DNA of 20,000 nt from the IMG/VR virus record IMGVR_UViG_3300013004_000028, one strand, 5' to 3'. Source of the DNA: an uncultured virus (IMG/VR IMGVR_UViG_3300013004_000028). Taxonomy: Duplodnaviria > Heunggongvirae > Uroviricota > Caudoviricetes. A model generated the notes under the pieces. It saw only the letters and a program-made list of their open reading frames with translations. It was not told the DNA's origin and did not search any database. Below are positions 1-9,000 of the stretch, piece after piece. A program made the position numbers and the translations under genes. The stretch's first letter is position 1; each line of letters starts with the position of its first letter.

Positions 1-3000
1 TACACTTCTTTCTTGTCTAAGCTGTACGTTTTTCGCTTTTTCAGCTTCAAAACTTTTATAATCTTGTGTTTGAGTTACCGCAGCTGATCTTCTTAATATA
101 TCAGCTTGTTCTGACCCTCTACCAGTTAATGATTTTGCAGTTATATTAGCTGTCGAGCTTGCATAATTAGGCATAGCGGCGGAGCTAGGATTCATTGATG
201 TGTTAGTTGCTGCAACACCACTACTAGGAACAGTTGTAACACCAGCTCCAGCTACGCTAGGAACCGTTGGAACACTGGCTCCAGCTACGCTAGGAACAGT
301 TGTAACGCCAGCTCCAGCTACGCTAGGAACCGTTGGAACACCAGCTCCAGCTACGTTAGGAACCACTGGGAATCCAGCTCCAGCTGCGCCTGCACTCGCA
401 GCTATTGGAACATTTGCTCCGGCTGAAGCTGCCATTTGGTTATTATTAGCAAAAATGCTATTTACTCCACCAACTCCTTTTATTTCTCTAGCAAAACTTT
501 GAACAGTAGAATCTTGAAAATAAGGATTATTAAATTTTTCATCTAACATTCTTTTAGATTCATCTGCTCCTGATCCTCCTATCTGTATACCTTCTGTAAT
601 TTTTTTTATAGATGCATCGGAAAAAATACTACCTTGATTAGATTTTGCTCTAGCCTTATTTAAATCCCTCAATTTTTGGCCTATATCATCTGCCATAGTT
701 TTTTGCAACTGTGCTTTCCCGGATCTTTCCTCGTTAGTTCTTTTAACTACATTATCTTTGCCGTATCTTTCAGCTTGAGCTTGTTCATCTTCATATTTAA
801 TTCTATCATTCTGCATCTCTAAATTTGATGCTTCGACTAATAATTTTCTTCCTGTTTCAGTCTCTCCTCCGCCTGATCTTTCAGCTTTATCTCTTAATTT
901 TTGTATTTTAGCATCTGTCTCTAATACTGCCCCAGTATTCATAAGTTTTTTAGTATATTGAGGGGGACCAGCTAAAGCACTTTTACCTATCTCAGCTAAA
1001 TTCCTTCTTTGAGATTCTTTTAACTGGTCTTGAGATATTGTATTTATAGATCTTAAGCCATCGGCTTGATCTATTCTTAATTTTTCTATACCTAGTACAA
1101 CTTCTTGATTTATATCAGCTATTTGGGATAAGATTTCTTTTGAGCCATCTGATGATCCTAAACTTTGCTTTATAAGACCTTCTAAAGATGAAAGATCTCC
1201 CCCTCCTTTTAATACAGAACTAGCTTGATTAAGAATATTTGATCTTTGTTCTATAGAAGCATTTTTTGGAATTAATGCTGTAAGCTGCTCCACTGCTTTA
1301 GAAACTATTTCAGTGCCTTTCTTTTCAGCATCTAAATTTAAGTCTTTTGTTTGAAGACTAGCTTGTCTATTTATACCCTCAGCTTCAGTAATTCTTCCCG
1401 ATGCTCTATCCGAGTCTAGTCTGCTTTTTTCTATTGATAAATTAGTTCCCGCTGTTGAAAAATTCTTATAGTTTATCAATGCTGTATCTAAAGTTAAACC
1501 TTTCAATCCTTCATCAAAAACTTTTTGGAAGTCTAAGCTAAACCCTTGTATTCCTGTTTGCACAGTGTCATTCAGATTTTTATTAAAAGTCAAAAGCGCA
1601 GCTGCATATTTATCCATACTTTGTATAGAGCTATCTGTGAATTCTTTATTTAAATCTCCATAAGTTTTACTCGCCATTTTTACTTGAGACTCAGTTAGTC
1701 CTAACTCTGAACCGAATTGAGTTATAAAATCTCCCATACTTAAAGTCCCATTCCCCAATTTATCTATAGCCTCTGAAGCTTCTTTGGATTTAACTTTAGT
1801 AAAATCTATACTATCAATAATAGGATTTAAAAATGTGTCAAAATCTTCTGTTTTGAAATCTGAAGTTTTAGTTTTGTTGCCAAAAACACTAACATTTTCT
1901 TCTCTAGATTTCTTTATTATCTCAGAAGTAACCAAATTCCCTTGACTAAAATTCAGATCTTTACTCTTCTTTTCTTGAAAATTTGCTATAGCTTCTTGTT
2001 TTTTTAAATCACTTTTTTCATTTAATATCGTAGAAATTAATTCCGGATCTTTAATCCCTCCTAATGATTTAGCAAATGTGGATTGAGCTTTAGCTATCTT
2101 TTTTGGATCTCCTCCTGAAGTTTTTAATTCAGAAATTTCATTTTGAGATTTAATAGCTTCTTGCAAAGAAGTAATTTGAGATTCAGTGGATTGAATTAAT
2201 TTTTGGTTGTTATTAGTCAATTCCAATGTAGATGGAACAGCAGCTTTAGTAGCTTTAGTGGCATAATTAAAAGCCCCTGCGAGAACCCCTACAATAGGGG
2301 CAATAGGAGCTAGAGCCGGAACCATAGCTACCATCATTGCGGCTGAAGCTCCAGCTGCGATAGATTCTCCTATATTCTGAACCTCCTTTTGAGCCTTTGT
2401 TTGCTCTTTTCCTTCCTCCGGCGTTGAAAACATCCCAGTTACAGTAGAAGCAGTAAAGGCTAATCCCATCATTTTTGCATTGATAGCTCCAGCTTTTGCT
2501 GCTCTTTTCTCTTTTTTCTCTTGTTTGAGTTCTTGCGGAGTTTTTGTTACTTTATTATCTGAATCGGGTAGATCTCCGCCCATAGGCATTCCTCCTCCCG
2601 CAGGCATTGCTCCTTGTTTCCCCCCCCCTTGTTGACCTCCTCCTTGCAAAATTCCACCTTTCTGGTTCGCGTTTAGTTCTTTTTGTTTAGCAAAATCAGC
2701 TTTGTATTCTTTTCTTATTGAACGTGATTCATTGTTTACGCTTCGTAATCTATTAGCTTTAGCTTTTCTTGCATCTTTTTCTACTTGAAATCTGTTCTCT
2801 ATTTGAGTTCTTGGAAAACTTTGCATCCCTTTTCCTGCCCCTTGTATACCTTTCGTAGGTAAAATCGGAGATCCAAGCTTACCTCCGGGAGTCATAATCC
2901 CAGCTGCCACTGATCTATTGTAAAGTCTATCAGCTCTGATAGAGTCTGCTTTTCTATTCCTTTCTTCTGATCCTACAATTTGACCATCTCTATTTCTGAA

Positions 3001-6000
3001 CAATTTGCTTTGCCCTTGTCCTCCTTTTTTAAATGTATTTTCAACACCTTTCGCTCCTACTCTTCTTTTATTAATTCTATCTTGAGTAAGATTTTTTAAT
3101 ATCTCTTTTCTACTTACAAACTGGTTCTGTGCTGTAAGAGTCGGCTGATATCTCCCCGGAGCTTGAGGTAGTTTAGCCATCTGCGCTTTAGCATTAGTGT
3201 AGTCAATTTTTATATTTCTCCTTTTTCTATCAGCATTAGCTTTAGCATCTCTTTTAGCTTGATCTTGAGGGGAAATGCCTGCTTTTTTGATAGGCGCAGC
3301 ATTTGTGCGAGAAGCTTTTTTTTCGGCTTCAGCAGCTTTTCTTTTAGCTTGGTTTCTTTGAAAAATTTCTCTTGTAGCTTGAAAAGATCCTCCTAAACCT
3401 GATCTTAGACTACTGGGCAAAGCAGGTCTAGCTCTTACGGCTGCTACTTTTTGTTGAGCAGCTTGAGTTTTATCTTTTTTTTCCTGATCCTTGTCTGCAT
3501 TCTTTTGTTTTGCTTCATTTCTTTTCCTTATTTTCTTTAAAGCTCTTTTCTCTTTGGGAGTCGCAAAATTAGGAATGAAACCTTCAGAAGAGGAATTAGG
3601 ATTTTCTCTTGAAAAGCGAGAGCTTAAATAATCATCCACAGTTGGCACTATAACGCTCAAAGCTGTTCTGAGAGAAGGTAGATTGGCTCTTTGGACTGAT
3701 GTTAATAGATTTCCTGTACTATATTGAACTTGATCTAAAACTTTTTTAAAAAATTCTATTTCATCAGAAGAAATGTCGGGAGCTCCATCTATTTGAGATA
3801 TAAGAAGTGATAAAGCATTTGTAGAAGTAGGAGTATTTAGCATACTTCTAATTTTTAAAGCCAATGGACTATTAGCCGCAGTTTTTACTTTAGAGGCTCC
3901 TTGTCTTACCCTGTTCATTAATGAGGGTCTACGAACAGGAATTTCAAAATTAGGAATAAAACCAAAAGCTGAAGTTCTGCTTACCAATCCGCTTGAACTA
4001 TCTCCATAAGTTCTTTTTGTTGTAGGCTCTATTTTCGCCATTTTGGCGAAACTCATCCCCTTGGATAAAGTCTTTTCGTCCTTGTTAAAAACTGCAAGAC
4101 CTTTTGGGTTAGATTTTGTTTTTAAACTAGCTCTTCTCCCAATCTTAACATCTTTTCTTTCAAAACCCGCACTCATTTCCGCGTTTACGGATTCATTTAA
4201 AGCTTTTCTTTCTTGTGCATAAGGAATTTTTGCAGGGGAAAGCCGAGAAAAGAAATTAGGAATAAAGCCTTTTGCAAAAGAAGTCGGTTTACCTCTCAAT
4301 CCTAATCCTTGAATACTATATCCTCTACCTCTTTTTTTATTTGGATTTTTAGAACCCCTTATATCGTCACTTTTTTCGTCAAATCTTTTCGATAGGGGAA
4401 TTAAATTTCCGTCATCATCATACTCTACTAAAGCAGCTGATTTGATTTGTGAGGCATTCGGAACAACTAGCTCAGAAGACATAGTTTTTTCTTGAAGTGT
4501 TCTTCCTGCTATTCCCCTTATTGAGTCATAGGGTATTTTACCCTCCTTCATTAAAATAGCTGTACCTATTTTGTATTTTTCATTTTTTGCACTTCTTGAT
4601 CTTAAAGTGGAAAGAAGCAATGAACGATTACTAATTTTAGCTATTTCTTCAGGACTTAAGTGGCCGTATTTGCCGAGTTTAGCGTAAGCATCATTGATAG
4701 CTATCTCATAATTGACTCTAGCATTTAAATAAGGCATAAACTCATCAGGCAAATTTCCCGTTAAAGGTTTTTGAGCTTTTACATATACTTCGTCTTTCCT
4801 AAATTGAACATCACTAGCTTTTAATCCTAATGCTTTGAGTCTGTCTTCATGTGGTTTTGAATTTACAGATACATCTGACCCACCAATAGATAAAGAAGCA
4901 TCTTCAGCAGTATAATATCCCGGACCAAAATTTAGATCTTTAATCTCTGAACGCAACGGAACCCCTTTATTATAAAAACCTAATCTAACCCCTTTTCTAT
5001 TGTATGGGGAATCTTGAGCTTCTTTTTCAACCATCTTCTTCAAAAGATCTGTATTATTTTTCTCTACAGCTTCTTTATACATTTTATCTTTTTCTGAAGA
5101 GAAATCAAAAGCTGGAGTTTTACTTATTTTAGCTAAACTAGATTCAACTTTTTCTCTTCCGTATTTTGCAATTAAGAAGTCATAAGTTTTTCTATCTATA
5201 TTTCTGGCAAGATTCTTTCCAGATTTTTTATTTCCAACAACGTCTCTAAAAAATGTTTTGTCGGAAGCAAGAGAAGGAGTTGCGAAATTAGGAATAAAAC
5301 CTCTTGAATTAGTTTTTTTGCTATACTCATTAACTTGATTTTTTAAATTTGGATCAATTACATTTGTATATCCGGCATCTATAATAGTAGCTTTACCTCC
5401 AGATTTAACAAACTTGTCGTATAAATCCTGACTTGATTCAGGTACTTTATAGTACTTAACATAGTCCTTAAGCAAATTATTTTTATTTTCTTCAATAAAT
5501 TTTCGACCTTGAGGATTTAAAGTATAATTGGCCCCATGAAGGTCATCCATTTCCAACCCAGCTTTTTTTAATCGGGCTTGCAAAATACGCCCGAAAACTC
5601 CAGAAGCCGCTATACCAACAGAGTCACGAGCCATTGGTTCTTTAATGATCTCTTTCCGAATGCTTTTAGCTCGCAATGCTCTTTCTAAATTATCTGGAAT
5701 TTTAGGTCCTGTAATTCCGTCAACTAGTCTTTTTTCAGCTAATAATTTTGATACTGTAAACTCATCTGTTATTGTTTTTGGTAAATTAGATTCAGATTTG
5801 ACGTTTGCTGTTTTTGTGTCTTTTTTTGTTTCAAATCCTGCAAAAATTCCAGCTGACGAAGAGGGTTTTCTATTATAAAATCTTTTTACCCCTATATCCT
5901 TAGTTAATCTATGAAATGTTCCTTCTGCTCCGCCACCCATAAAAGAAGATTGGAGTGCAAAATTAGGAATAAATCCTTCAGAAGCGGACATACCTTTAGA

Positions 6001-9000
6001 TCTGGGATCTATACCTTCTTTTTTAGCTAAACCCATTCCATTAGCTAAAGTTCCTTCATACTTATTATAAGTGCCAAAACCTTCTGGATTAAAAGGAGTT
6101 CTTAAAGAAGGGTTTTTACCCATTCTTATTTTTCCGATAGGTATTCCAGCTTTAGCTTCTTTGGCTCTAGATTTCTTTTTGGCATTTTGAGTTTCTTTAT
6201 AAGAAAGTTTTGAAGCAAAATTAGGAATAAAACCACTTGATAAAAAACGCTCTAAACCATTTTCTCTTAGCACTTGTTCTCTAGTCTTTTTTCTTCCTCC
6301 AGTGTTTCTCGGTTTATTATATCTTGCGGACAGAATAGCTTGAACCCGATCTTCATCAGATAAAGGAGCTATTTCACTAACAGGCATATTTCTATCCTGT
6401 ACATCAGTTGGTAATTGTCTTTCTGTTAGTATCTGTTGCTGAATTTTCTTATAACTGTTTGTAGTTTTCCTTGCTCTACTTCCTTGTCCTGCTAAATTAG
6501 CCGCCCATTCTTGAACTTTCCTTTCATCATCGGATAGAGGACCTGTTTCTATAGCAGGCATATCACTGTCCGGTACACTCATCCTTTCAGGATAGGCATT
6601 CATTGTCATTCCAACTTCTTTACCCATGTTAGGTAGATCCCTCGCCCTAGTGGAGCCCTGAAAACGTAACTTTGGAATAACTATTTTAGGAACAATTCTT
6701 TTACCATTTACTATCTGTGTTAGAGGTCCGGCATTAGTTTGTCTACGAGTTATTGGATCAATATCATTTAAATCAGGGACAGCTATATAATTGGTTAATT
6801 TTATTCTGTCGTATTTATCTGGAACGCCTTCTGTAAAAAGGGGTAAAAGCATTGGACTTAACTCAGCTATATTTTCAGGAAGAAATCTCCCATATTTATC
6901 TCCAACTTTGGGAGCTGTCCAATCTCCAGCTTTAGCTTCAAGTAAAGAGATTTCTTTATTTTCTATAGAATCTATTGAGAATGCATCGACTGCGTTATTG
7001 CCTTTATTAAATCCGGTGTTTCTAGTCGGAATAAATTTAGGGCCTACTTTTGTTTTATTGGCTTGCTGTATAGCGTATCTTTCAAAAACTCCAGTATAAT
7101 CAGTTTGATCTACTTTGCCATCTTTTCTATTTTTATCTTTAAAGCGATAAGAATCTGGAGCAGATTGCAAAATTGAAGACATTAAATTTCTTCTTGAGCC
7201 CCCTTTATCAGGAATCTTAACTTGAACTTGTTCAAAAGAAATTGTACTAATTTTATCATCAAACTCAACATTTTTATTGCCTCTAGACTGAGCTAAAGCA
7301 AATTGATTCGCAGCATTTACATTATTAGGTAAAAATTGTGATATATCTATATAATCATCAGATTCATCAATTTTACTATTTAAATTAACATTCTTTTTAC
7401 TCTTCGACTTAGGATTATTTATTGGTTCATCAATTATATCATCGACATAATCATCTGTTTGCAGAGCCTTGTACATCCTAGTCGCTCTATCTAATATTCT
7501 ACTTCCAGAATCAGATTCTTGTATTCTCTTTCTTTGTTTCCTAAGCGCTCGTATTTCGTCGGCTTGTTCTGGAGGGGTTATATTTTTTCCAACTGTATAT
7601 ATTTTTGGTGGAAGCTCTCCTAGCCGTCTATTTATTTTATCAATTGCTTTATTCTTTTTTAGAGAAGTTCTTCCCATTGTTTTATCAATAAATGCGGTCC
7701 TATTTTGTATTTGAGGTAAATTAGCTATTAAAAGATCTTCTGACCCTCCCGCAGCTAATCTCCTAATTCCTTTTGTATCTCCTTCTCCAATTGCTTTTCT
7801 TAATTCAGTTCCACTTATACCCTCAGTCCTAGCGTCCTGCACCACTTGTAATCCCTTTTCTGTATATTTTGCGGTTTCATAGAGTCCCTTATCGTCACCT
7901 ACTAATGCAATACTTCCGGGAGTAGGGCTTAGATATCTTCCGTCTGACACTTTAAAAACAGAAGGTATTCTACCTCTGAATTCGGAAGACGGAATAACTG
8001 TTGTTTTGGCTCCAGTCGCTTTTTTTATTAATTGTCTTCTAAGACCTATAGGAAAAACTGAGGTACGATAAGAATGTTTATCGCCTTCCTTAAGTGTAGC
8101 TCCAGAACTAACTCCGAATACTATATTCTCTGGTTCGAAACCTAACGAACGAGCTTGTGTAAACATTTCCTTATGCCCTTCCGTAAATGGGGCAAAAGCT
8201 CCATATGCGAATGCAATTTTCTTCTTTTCAATATTAAGTTGTTTTTTAATTATAGATGTTTTATCACCTTCTCTTTGCAATCTTGCGACAGGAACACCTT
8301 TATTTTCAGCCACTGCGGCTATATAATTAGGGTCTTCAGGATTTTTTCCTACAGTTTCTAGTAATGATTTCCCAGATCTACCTTGATTTGCTATTGGGTT
8401 ATCACTAGCTGCTCTTTTTTTAGCAGACTTTATTTGATCTTCTCTGGATATTTGTAGAGAAATTAGCCTATCTACTCCTCCGAAAAGTCCTTCTTGTAAA
8501 CTCCTTTCAGCATTTGACTGGGAAGCTTTTGTAGCTACGACTTCATCAACTTTGTCAATGTCTGACTCTTGTAGAATTGGTATTCGAGTCGTTTTTCTAA
8601 ATTTACTATCATCGCTCTTTTTTGGTATGCCATATTTGTCTGCATTAAATGCAAGAGAAGTTTTTCCTGACCCCGGAGCACCATAAATTCCAGTAATTCT
8701 TTTTAAACCTCCGGTTTTTCTTTTTTGCATAGCATAATTACCTAAATGCTCCCAATACTCATGCGTTTTTGAGTTGCCAAGTCTTTCCATTTCTGAATTA
8801 ACTATCTGTGCGTATTCAGGATTAGCTAAAACATCGCCATCTAATATACCAACTCTTCTAGTAATTTCTGCAAAATTCGGAATAAAGCCTTTGCTTGAAA
8901 AGTAAGAAGGAAGAGCCGCCGTAGAATTTTCTTGTCTTTTAATTAATGTGTATGGCTTTTCAAAAGATATAGGTTCTTTGATTTTATTTTTGAAAAATGG

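Noticed and set aside
200..502. Plus-strand 100-aa ORF with PAPATLGTV repeats
   Set aside because: Antisense shadow of the 33-bp repeat inside the tape-measure gene.
7015..7045. PKFIPTR as a tenth linker motif
   Set aside because: It lacks the Gly and the NF, and falls between the catalytic motifs of nuclease-like domain 2.
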